The position numbers and the translations under genes are program-made. DNA of 64,000 bases. It comes from Octopus sinensis (lineage: Eukaryota). Each line of letters begins with the position of its first letter. The stretch's first letter is position 1. The stretch is taken from NCBI RefSeq assembly GCF_006345805.1, contig NC_042998.1, forward strand, positions 35,092,001-35,156,000, read 5' to 3'. Shown here piece by piece: positions 63,902 to 64,000 of this stretch. Under the pieces are notes generated by a model. The model searched no databases. It was not told where the DNA came from and was given only the letters and a program-made list of their open reading frames with translations.

Positions 63902-64000
63902 CTACAATGTAAATATATTTCTATGTCTTGTTATATTTGTACTATATTAATGTATAATATCATTGCTATTGTGTAATGGTTTAATAAAGTATTGATTGGG

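Overview
AT-rich, repeat-dominated eukaryotic DNA, most likely from an octopus (inferred from the SINE families and very high microsatellite density; not database-checked). I find no intact protein-coding gene, true tRNA/rRNA gene or CRISPR array, and most ORFs in the supplied track are translations of microsatellites. The window holds: (i) about 20 copies or fragments of a bipartite tRNA-derived SINE ('family B', my label) and about 14 loci of a second SINE ('family A'), plus rarer SINEs; (ii) nine loci of R4/Dong-clade LINEs of different ages, with the young copies sitting in (TAA)n tracts, including a 2.1-kb copy with RT, CCHC and restriction-like endonuclease motifs; (iii) Penelope-like (PLE) RT and GIY-YIG fragments; (iv) DNA transposon remnants: a 1276-bp pogo-like element with TIRs, TA TSD and an HTH-PHD finger fusion, plus hAT, mariner and MITE remnants. 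The most interesting signals are five type-I hammerhead-ribozyme motifs in PLE-type termini (63795-63899 has a fully canonical core), family-A SINE multimers with a 184-bp period and a recurrent junction flanked by single TSDs, local fold-back duplications centred on (TA)n tracts, a 550-bp unclassified element embedded in (AAT)n beside Dong copies, an unexplained 149-codon open frame, and weak candidate exons of a minus-strand host gene. Many repeat boundaries are approximate to about 10-20 bp.
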